A stretch of 64,000 nt of DNA from a virus. Both the position numbers and the translations under genes were made by a program. Positions 37,440-47,600 of the stretch are shown in pieces (position 1 is the stretch's first letter; each line of letters begins with the position of its first letter). Under the pieces are notes generated by a model that saw only the letters and a program-made list of their open reading frames with translations, searched no databases and had not been told where the DNA came from. Where the stretch lies: the IMG/VR virus record IMGVR_UViG_3300022719_000152, positions 54,794 through 118,793 of that record. The stretch is one strand, 5' to 3'.

Positions 37440-38468
37440 ATGTCAGGTTACACAGCCGACATCCCACACTACTACGTAAACTTGGACCTGCCCGAGAAAT
37501 ACAGGTGGTCCAACGTTATCGAGTATGAAGGAGGTGTTGCACAGGAGTTGGCGGAAGCAGCCTGTGAAGAGATGGAGGAGGTGACCGATTTAATTCGATC
37601 ACCAGTGCTAAAGGCGTCCTTCTTTGCTCTCTACAGAATGTTTGGTGGGCTCTACGGAGGAGAGATAAGGGCCTGGGCCAAAACTATGGGAATCTCATCA
37701 GCGACTGCTGCAGTACTAAACTGCACCTACGAGCTGTCTCATGTGGCCGAGGGAATCATGCAGCCATTCGGGTGCACTGCTGGTGTGCGGTGGCTGCCCA
37801 ATGAAAAGAGAATGGTTCATGTCCGAAGCATGGACTGGCCCCTTGGGGAAATAGGAGATGCAACGAGAAGGTTCATCTTCCACAAAGGCGGACACATATT
37901 CGTCTCAGTGGGAGTGCCGGGATTCGTCGGCGTTCTCTCAGGGATGGTGCCGGGCGCGTACTCGGTTACCATCAACTGGGCACCCCCGCAGGGGATGCCA
38001 GAGTTTTCTTTTGGCCCCTCGTTCCTTCTTCGTCATGTGATGGAGACTTGCAAGACCTACGACGAGGCAGTCGAAGCTCTCTGCGAGACAGAACTAGCAA
38101 CCACTGTGTTCTACACAGTTTGTGGGACCAGGAAGAAAGAGGCGTGCGTCATTGAGCGAACGCCAGAAGAGTATTTGGTCAGGGAGATAGGCAACCAGCA
38201 CTGCCTGGTTCAAGCCAACCATCACGTTGGTCACGACTTTCTTGAGCTCAACGAAGTCATCAAAGTCGATGAGGGGGACGGCACCATCTTCGAAGATTCG
38301 AGATGTAGGGCATCTACCATGCGGAAGAAACTAAACCGGGCAAAAACAATCACTGGTGCCATCAGCGCCTTGAAAAGCCCCCCGGTGGAGAATGACTTCA
38401 GCTACCAACAGATGATCTTCTGCCCAGCGCAGTCAGAGATGTATACTTGGCGATGGGCTAGTGACTAA
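37440..38468 (+). CDS. Acid ceramidase/NAAA-like Ntn hydrolase
   Basis: VNLDLPEKYRW, an autoprocessing G|CTAG site, RSMDW, GFVGVLSG, ACVIER and LVQANH. GGAGG RBS. Confidence 0.8.
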   Translation: MSGYTADIPHYYVNLDLPEKYRWSNVIEYEGGVAQELAEAACEEMEEVTDLIRSPVLKASFFALYRMFGGLYGGEIRAWAKTMGISSATAAVLNCTYELSHVAEGIMQPFGCTAGVRWLPNEKRMVHVRSMDWPLGEIGDATRRFIFHKGGHIFVSVGVPGFVGVLSGMVPGAYSVTINWAPPQGMPEFSFGPSFLLRHVMETCKTYDEAVEALCETELATTVFYTVCGTRKKEACVIERTPEEYLVREIGNQHCLVQANHHVGHDFLELNEVIKVDEGDGTIFEDSRCRASTMRKKLNRAKTITGAISALKSPPVENDFSYQQMIFCPAQSEMYTWRWASD

Positions 38469-39994
38469 TCGTCACTAGCCATGAGGGCCTTGGCTCCACG
38501 GTACGCGCCGTAGCCAAGGCCCGCGCCAAGCGCCCCTCTCAGTGCCCAAGGCCCCGCCTGCAGCAATCTTTCAAACGCTTTTTGTCCCATAGTTCTGGGA
38601 GCCCGATAGCTGCCTACAGTCTTCAATGCCTTTGTGCTTCGTATGTGGTGAGGAAGAACATCTTTGCCATGCACCCCCGGAACCATACACACCGGGGAGG
38701 CCATACCCGGCAAGCTCGAGCAGATAGCTTTGCCTGCGCCGGGGGCCCCCCCTTGGAACAATTTCTGTAGACGCTTGGGCAAGAACGACTTTGCCCCTGC
38801 CTTACCTGCTTGGGTCTTATCGTACCGTGTAGCCCTGGCCTCTTCCCCGAAAACTTCTTCCAGAACGTCTTCGGCGTGCTCTCTGGACGCCAGATTTTTT
38901 AGGTATTCTTTGCGCTGAGCAGGAGTCTTGAACCGCCGAACGACGACATCTTCCAGTTCATCCAAGTCGCCTACATACCCTGCAGCACCACCAACGCCTG
39001 GAGAGGAGTGAACAAACTCCACTGCTTTCCCTCTCTTGGGGATCTTGGTCGCAGTCTCAATGTGGTAGCCGTAAGGGTCGCCACCCAACAGTGCAATGGG
39101 TGACTTCCACTTGCCGCCCTTACCAGGGTGTGAGGTGAGAATGATATCACCGGGCTTCAGACTCTTCCGCAGCTTGGCGACACTCTGAAACTGTCTACCT
39201 ATATCTGGCCTGACTCTCAAAGCTCCGGAGCCGATACCTTGAATGATGGGAGCTGCTGCAGCGGCAGCGCCGATGGCAGCAGGCGCCACTTCCTTCACCT
39301 TGGCCTTCAAGTCTGACTTCTTGGGTACCGTAGCCGCCCCCTCCTTACCCAACTCAAATCCTCCGACGGCGAGCAGAGGAAGAGCTACCCCCGAACCAAT
39401 ACCTACCCTGGAAGCACGAGTCCTAGCTTGCTCCGCGGCCACTTGTCGCCGGCCTGACTTCATTCTGTTGAGCAGATTCAAGCGACCTTTTGAGGCACTA
39501 GGTAATTCAGAAACCCATGGGATCTCAGTAGTACCTCTGAGGGTATCTCGGATGAATTCTTCAGTAGTGCCCATGTCCCCGGGGTTGTACTTGGCCTGAG
39601 TCTGCATGTACTTGTTGCGCATGGCGTGGGTGTGAGCCTTCTCAACTGCCTCATCTACATTCCTACCCAGCGGTACTTTGACCAGGTCATCTACAGTGCC
39701 CTTGGCTCTCGTGGCGAAATTTTTCAAAGACTGTAGGTTGGGAGCGGCTTGCTTGAACTGCACTGGCTGGCTGGGCTGAACCGGGTTCGGACCCTCACTC
39801 TGGGCTAGAGGATGAGTCGCGGCAGCAGAGCCTATAGTGGTAGCTCTACCGCCCAGCCCCTTGAGCTTGGGCAGCAGCCTGCCCGCATTGTGAGCGCCGA
39901 ATCGCTGACCAGCTCGAAGAACACCTTCGATCAAAGAGGCGCCCTTGGTGAGAGCTTCGACCTCTTCCAGAAATGCGACTTCTTCTTTAGCCAT
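38465..39994 (-). CDS. KxA multi-module protein with a permuted papain-like (NlpC/P60 YiiX-type) domain
   Basis: Leader AFLEEVEALTKGA, then LKPGDIILTS...YHIE...ICSSLP, plus glycine-zipper helices. Confidence 0.65.
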   Translation of the reverse strand: MAKEEVAFLEEVEALTKGASLIEGVLRAGQRFGAHNAGRLLPKLKGLGGRATTIGSAAATHPLAQSEGPNPVQPSQPVQFKQAAPNLQSLKNFATRAKGTVDDLVKVPLGRNVDEAVEKAHTHAMRNKYMQTQAKYNPGDMGTTEEFIRDTLRGTTEIPWVSELPSASKGRLNLLNRMKSGRRQVAAEQARTRASRVGIGSGVALPLLAVGGFELGKEGAATVPKKSDLKAKVKEVAPAAIGAAAAAAPIIQGIGSGALRVRPDIGRQFQSVAKLRKSLKPGDIILTSHPGKGGKWKSPIALLGGDPYGYHIETATKIPKRGKAVEFVHSSPGVGGAAGYVGDLDELEDVVVRRFKTPAQRKEYLKNLASREHAEDVLEEVFGEEARATRYDKTQAGKAGAKSFLPKRLQKLFQGGAPGAGKAICSSLPGMASPVCMVPGVHGKDVLPHHIRSTKALKTVGSYRAPRTMGQKAFERLLQAGPWALRGALGAGLGYGAYRGAKALMASDD

Positions 39995-40003
39995 GAACTG
40001 TCC

Positions 40004-40570
40004 TTAGTTGGCCGATACCTCATCCAGCAGCTTGTCGAGCGCTTCGCAGAACTTGTCCACGAACTTGGGCACGCCCTCTGCCTTGGCGTTCTCGGCAGCT
40101 CCATGGAACTGGATTGCGAAGGCTCCGGTGTCTACTTCGACCGGGTCTTCAGAAGCAATCTCCTCGTCGGTCATATCTGCTGCGTACTTCAGGATGTGAG
40201 CGGTATCGACAGCAACCGTACCCATCCACATCTCCTCTGCGGCCTTCTCGATTAGCTCCACCGTGTTTTCAGGGAACTTGGCCCAGGTGCACTCCACCTC
40301 GAAGCGACCTGGAATGTACTTGGCATCGAGGCCCTCACCGCGGGTCTCACTCGGGTAGTAGCGGTCTTCTACTCCGCCGCGAGGGAACACATGTACCAAG
40401 ACCGTATCCTCGCGGAGTTCGTACTCAGCGAAATGGGTTCCAAACTCGTCGTTCACAGCCTTGTTCAGAACTTGGACGGGGGCTCCCCCCTCTTTGGCTC
40501 CCTTGAAGGCTTCCGCCATCTGCTCTTTTGCTTCTTCTGCCCATGCGGGCACTGGCATTCCGTTGTTCAT
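40004..40570 (-). CDS. Hypothetical acidic protein
   Basis: GGAG RBS and ATGA coupling. Confidence 0.6.
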   Translation of the reverse strand: MNNGMPVPAWAEEAKEQMAEAFKGAKEGGAPVQVLNKAVNDEFGTHFAEYELREDTVLVHVFPRGGVEDRYYPSETRGEGLDAKYIPGRFEVECTWAKFPENTVELIEKAAEEMWMGTVAVDTAHILKYAADMTDEEIASEDPVEVDTGAFAIQFHGAAENAKAEGVPKFVDKFCEALDKLLDEVSAN

Positions 40571-41499
40571 TGTAGGTCTCCCTTAGGTGGTGTTGGTTCT
40601 TCTCCGACTGAATCGATGTCGTAGTCCTTTCCATCTCCGCTGTGGCTGCCAACCTTACTTACCAGCTCGTCGAAGGTACTGACATCCGCAGGCTCATGCT
40701 TCATGAGTACAGAGCGGAACTCACGCAACTGCTCTTGCAATCCTTCACCCTCTTGGAAGATTGCATTGTAGAGTGTGAGCATTCGAGCAGACATCTTCGA
40801 CACCATATCGATGCTCGACTTGTTGTCCCCCATGTAGCGAAGTGCTTGCACTCGAAAGTGAATCTGCTTGAAGGCATCCTTCAGAGCCGTCTTACCGTTG
40901 ACGATAGGACTGAACCCAGCACGGTACATGGCCTGCTGTTCTCCACAATACAACGAAGCGATGAGATCGTCATAGTGGGTGGTACCCCTCAAGAGATATT
41001 CCCAATGTTCATGAGAGCAGATACCGACATTCCAGAAGTAGTGGTAATAGTGATCGATGACGTCTTCGGTCAGCGACGGGTGCATCTGGTACTTCGTATT
41101 TAGCTTATCCGCGATAATCGTGTGAGGAAGCCCACCCATCAGAAGAATATGAAGGTCCTTCTTCAGGAGGCTGTGCCCTTGCACAATCATGGTCATAACC
41201 TTCTTCATGATCGGCTCTGGCTTCCACAACGTGTAGATCTTCTCCTGTTTCATGAACTGAACAGAAGGCTTGTGGTTCTTGACGTCGAACTTGAACGTCT
41301 TAGGTGGCCTCACCTGCATACGAAGGTATTTGTAGAGTTGGTCGCCGACGGCAGGGAGCCCAATGAGCCGTAGAGAGACTGACAAAGACTCCGCTGATGT
41401 TAGGGGCTCCCTATCCTCGGCCTCATCCTCCAGAACATCCGGCTCCTCATCCCACGCCTGAGCAAGGAGGTATTTGAGATAGTAGTAGCTTGGGTGCAT
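40567..41499 (-). CDS. Hypothetical helical protein
   Basis: 310-aa ORF in the operon with no recognised motif. Confidence 0.6.
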   Translation of the reverse strand: MHPSYYYLKYLLAQAWDEEPDVLEDEAEDREPLTSAESLSVSLRLIGLPAVGDQLYKYLRMQVRPPKTFKFDVKNHKPSVQFMKQEKIYTLWKPEPIMKKVMTMIVQGHSLLKKDLHILLMGGLPHTIIADKLNTKYQMHPSLTEDVIDHYYHYFWNVGICSHEHWEYLLRGTTHYDDLIASLYCGEQQAMYRAGFSPIVNGKTALKDAFKQIHFRVQALRYMGDNKSSIDMVSKMSARMLTLYNAIFQEGEGLQEQLREFRSVLMKHEPADVSTFDELVSKVGSHSGDGKDYDIDSVGEEPTPPKGDLQ

Positions 41500-41503
41500 A
41501 GCT

Positions 41504-43510
41504 TTACTGGTTGTAGCTCAGCTCTTTCTGCTGCAGTGTCTTGAGCCCTTCTATGACGTCGTCCAACGACTTGAGCATACGCTCAACCGCTACCTCAGGC
41601 ACCTCCTCCAATCCAATCCTCACTGCGAACAGGAGCTCTGCGATCTTGGAGGCGCAGTCTTCTAGGGATGGGATCATGTCCACGAACACAGAAACGTTCT
41701 CTACATTTAGGAAGCCCAAGCCCAAAATCTTGTCAGCGGTGAGAGCATCGCTAAGAATGGATGCTTCTTTGGCCAAGAAGTAGGCTCGAATGGGCCGGTC
41801 GAGCTCGGACAGATCCTTCTTCACGAGCTCTCGTGAGGAAGCTGCCTTCTCCTGAACCGTGGCGATTGGCCGTGCCCCCTCAACGACCTGTGCCTCTAGC
41901 CCCTTCTTGGCTTCATCAAGGGCGCGTTTGACAAAGTGTGGGTTCATGCCCAAGGCCACTCCCAGAAACTCGGCTTGGGCCCGCTTGACGAACTTGGTCT
42001 CGTCCTCTGGGATGTTCGCTACTGCGGGCCCCCGAAAGGAATAGAGACCCATGGGGTCTCCAATGATTTCGACTCTGCTGGCAAATTTGCGCTTAGCTGT
42101 CTTGGCAAACAGGAGTGGCGCTGACACTAGCTCAGTCTTACCACGCAGGGGCATCCATTTGACCTGGCCAGGAACGACGTACTCTCCTTCCCCAATCTGC
42201 TGGATGGTCTTGAGGCCCTCAGCGAAGCTGAAGGACACCTGCTCACCCAGCTCATCAGAGCCCATGTACCGGACGGACCCATCAGGGCCCCGAGCGGTGG
42301 AGGTGATGGTCATGGGCACGAATGCCTTCGCGGTACCATGATCGATGAAGTAGAGACACCCCATACCTTGGGGGATCCCTGTAGGCAGGTCAGTGCTCTT
42401 GCCGGCGAGCTCGCCGGCGACGTGCTCCTGTAAGGCGTAGTTCGACCCGTTGGTGAACAGCGACAAGGGTAGAGGTTCCATGGACAGGGTCAGGAGATTG
42501 GGGAATACCCACCCGATCATGGTGTGACCCGTAGACTCCTGCACCTTCCAGAGACCAAAGCTGTCGGCGACCTTGGTCTCCTCTGCCTCCATCGTCTCTT
42601 TGATGGCAGCGTCGGGACTGGCAGTGATGGTGCCGTCAGCCTCCATCTGGGCAACCAGATCCTGGTCACCCAGCATCTCTTCCGCCATGGACGGAGGGAC
42701 CTCGTCCTCCTCTGGGTAGTACATGTCAGTGTTGGCCCACTTCACCTTGACGTTGCCATTGGCGAGCTTGGTGAGCTGCACGACGTTGGGACGAATCGAG
42801 CGGCGCACCACCTCTGCGGTCTTACTGAGCTCAATGGGTTCCAGCCCCAGCGCCGACTCGTAGGCTGCCTCAAGCCCTGCGTTGGAGTACATCATTGGAG
42901 CCAGAGAGGGCATGAACTCCCGCATGTCCGCAGCCAGTTTCTCCTTGTGCTCTTGGAGCACTCGGCCATTGAGTTGCGGTAGGAGAGGAATCTGCTTGAG
43001 CTCGGAACCCAGCTTCACACCTCCGGAGCCGAACCCTCCGTAACCGGCACGAATAGGGGGCTGTAGATCGTGGACGAGGGAGGGATCGTAGGGTCGAGTA
43101 CGTGCAGCATCGAAGATCTCGGGACGGAAAAGAGCTTCACGAATGCGTCGCTCCGAGAGAGGCTGGAACTCCTTTCCCACCATGAAGACGTCGAATGGTT
43201 GAAGCATGCTCTCTTTGACCAAGACAGGAACGTGAACCTTGTCCAGGCTGGAAACCTCCTGCTCTTCCATCGTCATTGCAGACCGAGGCCGTACTTCAAC
43301 AGAGCCAAAGGCAAAGCCTCTCTCCTCATCCATCTTGTCGAGGATGACATTGGCCTCATACTCACTCATGAAAGGAAGCTGCTTGTAGATTTCCTGAGTG
43401 ATCTCTTGAGGCCAAGTATCTATGTTGTCACTCAGCTTGGTGAGCATACCGGCGGCCTTCTCAAACTGAAGGGTCGGGGACTCGTCTAGGAACAGAGGTT
43501 CTTGCATCAT
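41504..43510 (-). CDS. Virion head-associated protein with KxA sites
   Basis: AAGGAG RBS. Contains EKAAG, VKLGS, SKTAE, AKTAK, EKAAS and AKEAS. Confidence 0.6.
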   Translation of the reverse strand: MMQEPLFLDESPTLQFEKAAGMLTKLSDNIDTWPQEITQEIYKQLPFMSEYEANVILDKMDEERGFAFGSVEVRPRSAMTMEEQEVSSLDKVHVPVLVKESMLQPFDVFMVGKEFQPLSERRIREALFRPEIFDAARTRPYDPSLVHDLQPPIRAGYGGFGSGGVKLGSELKQIPLLPQLNGRVLQEHKEKLAADMREFMPSLAPMMYSNAGLEAAYESALGLEPIELSKTAEVVRRSIRPNVVQLTKLANGNVKVKWANTDMYYPEEDEVPPSMAEEMLGDQDLVAQMEADGTITASPDAAIKETMEAEETKVADSFGLWKVQESTGHTMIGWVFPNLLTLSMEPLPLSLFTNGSNYALQEHVAGELAGKSTDLPTGIPQGMGCLYFIDHGTAKAFVPMTITSTARGPDGSVRYMGSDELGEQVSFSFAEGLKTIQQIGEGEYVVPGQVKWMPLRGKTELVSAPLLFAKTAKRKFASRVEIIGDPMGLYSFRGPAVANIPEDETKFVKRAQAEFLGVALGMNPHFVKRALDEAKKGLEAQVVEGARPIATVQEKAASSRELVKKDLSELDRPIRAYFLAKEASILSDALTADKILGLGFLNVENVSVFVDMIPSLEDCASKIAELLFAVRIGLEEVPEVAVERMLKSLDDVIEGLKTLQQKELSYNQ

Positions 43511-43517
43511 GCTCTCC

Positions 43518-44660
43518 TTACTTCGTGAACGACACGCTCGACAATATCGTAGACACCTTTTGCTTCAACACGGCTGCTGTGGGAGCCAACTTCGACCCGG
43601 TCTGTGGGTCCACAATAGCGTCTATTACCGTGATGATTTCCTTTAGCAAAGTGGCCAGATCGTTTCCCTTGGGAATAGGCTGGTTGGCTCCATTGCCAAG
43701 GTTGATTTTGGGTGAGTCTACTGTGGCTTGGGTGGCCGCTTTGATCAGGGCATTCTTGCCGGCTTCTGCAGTCCAATCCCCCTGGGTGGCCTTCACGCTG
43801 ACGTTTTGGTCGGCTTGGACGCTGTGGTTCCCCTTCTCGGCCACCTGGGAGATATCCCCCTCTTTGGCCGTATGGGTGATGCTGTCTTTGGCTGTCAGCG
43901 ACCACGATTTCTCCAGGTTCCAGTTGACGTCGCCCTCGTTGGTGACACTCATCTGAACCTTGACCGGAGCCCCATCCTCACTGGACTCGTTGATTTTCAA
44001 CTCCAGTTTAGTGGGTTCACCATCCCCGTGGGAACCAATAGTCAGCTCAGCCACATGGGCTGGCTGATTGGCGACATCCTTGGCCTTGAGGGTGAGTTTG
44101 GTCGGGGAGGCCCCATCTGTAGTCTGATCGTCACGGTCTGTTGACCAAGTTAGCTCCCCACCAAAGGTGAAAAGCTCCCAGTTCTCACAGAAGTTGCGGA
44201 TCATATTGCGGATGGGAACATAGACAGTTTGGGCTATAGGGCCAGCCCCAATCTGAACCACCCCTCCTCGCCGAAGGATGACAAAGTTCTCGTCCCGGGT
44301 CCGCATCATCATGTCGCCGGGGTTGAGGTTGAGCCTGCCGGCGCGGAAACTGCCTCCCTCGAGCTGCTCATCGAAGGGGGCCTGGTACCCCAAGAGGAAC
44401 GGAGCCGAGAACCTTCCAGAGCTTGGCCAGCACAACCAAGCCAAGGCGCCCACCTCCGGTACCGCATAGAAGCCTTCACCATTGGCAAAGTGAAAGTAGG
44501 GGTTCATCACTTGGATGTCGAAGAACCTCTTGTTGGCATACTCACTGATGGCATCCACTGACCAGCCGTCAATATTCACATTGACGATGCGCACAGTCTC
44601 AACGTAGGCGGGGACGTACTCCCCTTCCATGACGCTGAATGGAGGTTGACCATGAGGCAT
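43518..44660 (-). CDS. Baseplate spike protein (gpV/gp5/VgrG-like OB fold plus beta-helix)
   Basis: Start MPHGQ overlaps the RNAP stop (TAATG). Contains AVPEVGA, repetitive beta strands and SPKINLG. Confidence 0.7.
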   Translation of the reverse strand: MPHGQPPFSVMEGEYVPAYVETVRIVNVNIDGWSVDAISEYANKRFFDIQVMNPYFHFANGEGFYAVPEVGALAWLCWPSSGRFSAPFLLGYQAPFDEQLEGGSFRAGRLNLNPGDMMMRTRDENFVILRRGGVVQIGAGPIAQTVYVPIRNMIRNFCENWELFTFGGELTWSTDRDDQTTDGASPTKLTLKAKDVANQPAHVAELTIGSHGDGEPTKLELKINESSEDGAPVKVQMSVTNEGDVNWNLEKSWSLTAKDSITHTAKEGDISQVAEKGNHSVQADQNVSVKATQGDWTAEAGKNALIKAATQATVDSPKINLGNGANQPIPKGNDLATLLKEIITVIDAIVDPQTGSKLAPTAAVLKQKVSTILSSVSFTK

Positions 44661-47600
44661 TAGTAAAGCCAGGGAGCTTCTTCGGTGCCTTTGCCGAATT
44701 CTTTGCCGTAAGCCATACCAGGTACGGGGTTGGTGCTGTGGAGCGCAGACCTCCAACCCTCCGCTGCAGCGTCAATGAGAGTACCCTTGAGCTTCTGGCT
44801 CTGCAGGCGAGCGATCCAGTCGGTCTGGAGCTCAAGTGGAAGTTGGTTCACCCCCTTGAGCATGGGTCGATAGACCACAGACTTCTTGCCCTTGGGGAGA
44901 TTGCGGTTGAACTTGTTGATCTCGGAGGTGGGCATTCGATCACCGCGGATGACATCCTCGTGATCCCCAGGGTCTAGTACCTCACTGAGGTTGGTCATGG
45001 CTCGGACGAAGGTCTCTGTGTTGCGCCGGCGAATGGGGGCTACCGACTCATACGTCCCCTGAATCTCGTCAGTCAGATACCGCTGCACGGAGTTAATGTT
45101 GGTGAGAGGGAGCATCTCCATTGGGTTCTTGGGGCCACTGGAGATAGCATCCCCGCGCCTGACCAGGTCACCTTTTTTTACCTTGAGCTTACGGCTCCCG
45201 GGGACGTAGTGGCGCTGCCCATGGATGTAAACACTCCAGCCACCAGCCTCGTCCTTCTTGACCTGCTCAATCTTTCCCTCTGCCTGAGCCAGAGTAGCTG
45301 AACCAGGTAGTTTCTTCGGAACATTGAGGAGCTGCTCCAACCTGGTGAAGACGTTAATAGCATCAGTACCTTTGGCGCCCACTACACCTCCGGTGTTGTG
45401 ACTGAGCAATCCGCCAACATAAAGCGTACCTGACTCAGTAGTTAGGTCGTAGACATAAGGCTCATCGTACAAGATCTCCCGGTTCAGAGTGAGGAGAACA
45501 TGCTTTTCAATTGAAGGCGGCCCTGAGGTAAGAGATTTCTTCTCAATCTGAGTCACTTTGATTGAATCTTCCAAAAGCGCACAAGCCAAAGGAGTCATAC
45601 GCAATCGGACTTTGAAGCCTTGCTTCCTGGTTATCTCTCCGATGGTAGTAGCAACAATAGAGGAATCGATACCAAGCCTGATCGCTACAAAAGCAACTTG
45701 CTGTGCTAATTCAAAACTGGTGGTATCAATCCCAATAGTATCTGGGCCATCTTTGTGGCGCTCCACTGTCCCATCACCATCAATGATCCCAGCCAGACAT
45801 CTTCTTAACCAATCCAAATCAAACTGGATGAATCTCGGGGGCAGAGATTTCTTGTGAGCATAACGCCCAAAAAGGGAATGGAATTTCGCCCCCAACGCAA
45901 GACTGTTTACAATGACTCTCTTTGTATAGACCCTAGGGCCGTGCCCACTAGCTTCTAGAGCAAGTACCAGCTTGTCTTTAATAGGTCCGTCGTTCTGAGC
46001 AAAATCTAGAGCATAAGGTTTCTTTTCCTGCATTCGAGCGTGCGATCTCTTGAAAGTCACGCATCCTTCAGCCAGGAACATCCCCACTACCCAAGGGTCT
46101 TCTCCTATGTATTTCTCAGCAATATCGTTTGTACACTCATGAGAAATTACCGGTTTGAGGTTCTTGTGTAAGAAGAATCTCTTAGGGTCCAACTCTGTCG
46201 GGGGCAAATATCCTACTTGTCCCACAGGCTTTCGCTCCTGAAACCGTTGAGCCTTTTTACATGATGGACAAACGGCCCTAGTGCCATTCTTCTTCAACCT
46301 ATGATAACCGCAAGACTCACACTGCACTGCATTCTGCCACACCGCTACAGGGTGATTGTCTTGACAAATGGTGACCAAGCCGCCACCGCTAAGCATTCTC
46401 ATGGGCCTAGAAGGTGCATGCCTACGAACATGAGTTACAGGCACCCACCCTTCTTTAGATAGAGTTTCTATGTTCGCGCCGCTCAAGTCTTTGATTTCTT
46501 CGTCACCTTCAACTTCAACATCCACCTGCATGGATTCAAAAAAGTCCTCCATGGTGACGGCGTAGGGCTCGCCCTCTAATCTTCGGACAAAGACTAAGCT
46601 GTCTGAGTGGTTACAGTGGAAAGCGTTCATTGAAAGCTGAGTAGCTGGTTCCCCCAAAGCATGGGCGGCCATAACGCCTACGTTGGTGCCCGGGTTGTGA
46701 ATCTCACCATTCTCGTTGAGACCATAGCACTTCCCACACATACCGTCGCCGTGCTCGCACTTCAAAGGAGAGCGCACGCGCACCTCGGAGACCTTGTTGT
46801 TTCTGAGTCGATTGACGACATCCGGGGTAATGAGAGTGCCAGCCGGGATTGTACCCTTTTCCTTTCCACCCTTGGTCCCTAGCTTGATTGCCCGAGAGGT
46901 GTAGCGGTCAAGGATGTCCCGATTATCCACCGGCAGGATAATGCCTTTCGACGTGCCGCAGTCTTCGTCTACCACCATCTGGTTCATCGTAGTTTGGATG
47001 AGTTGCTTGGACATGAGGCCCGGTCGCCATGTACCTTCGACGCGCCCAATGGTGCCCATACGGGCACCGTGCATAGAAGCCCAATAGGAACCGATATCCA
47101 GCCCTTCAGAGTAACTCTTGTTGATAGGTACCGGTACCGGCTTACCGCTGGAGTCTGCCACCAATACGGGGGCCAGGGTCATCTGCTTGAAGTTGTCCCA
47201 CTTACCTCTGGCTCCTGACTTGATCCAATCGTACATCCTATTGTCAGTCTTCTTGTCCATTCGCTTCTTGCCCTCTTTGTCGAGGGTGGCAGAGACCTTG
47301 GAGTAGAGGTTCACAATCTTCTCGGCTTTTTTGTCAGAAGACGCACGAGAGTTTCGTATCTTGGTCTCCTCCTTTGCCGCTGCAGCCATGAGAGAGTCAC
47401 GAAACCGTGAGTCCGACTCAAAATCTTTGAGACTGATGGATAGTCCCGTAGAATGCTCATTACCAATGTCCTTGAGGCGATCGGCTGCCCAACCAAAGTC
47501 ACCCGTGCTGTCCTTAGCAATGCGGGTCAAGAGATCGTTCAAGCTCTTTTTGTTTAGATTGAACGCTGGGTCATAGAGAATTCTCTCGTCTCGCACCTTT

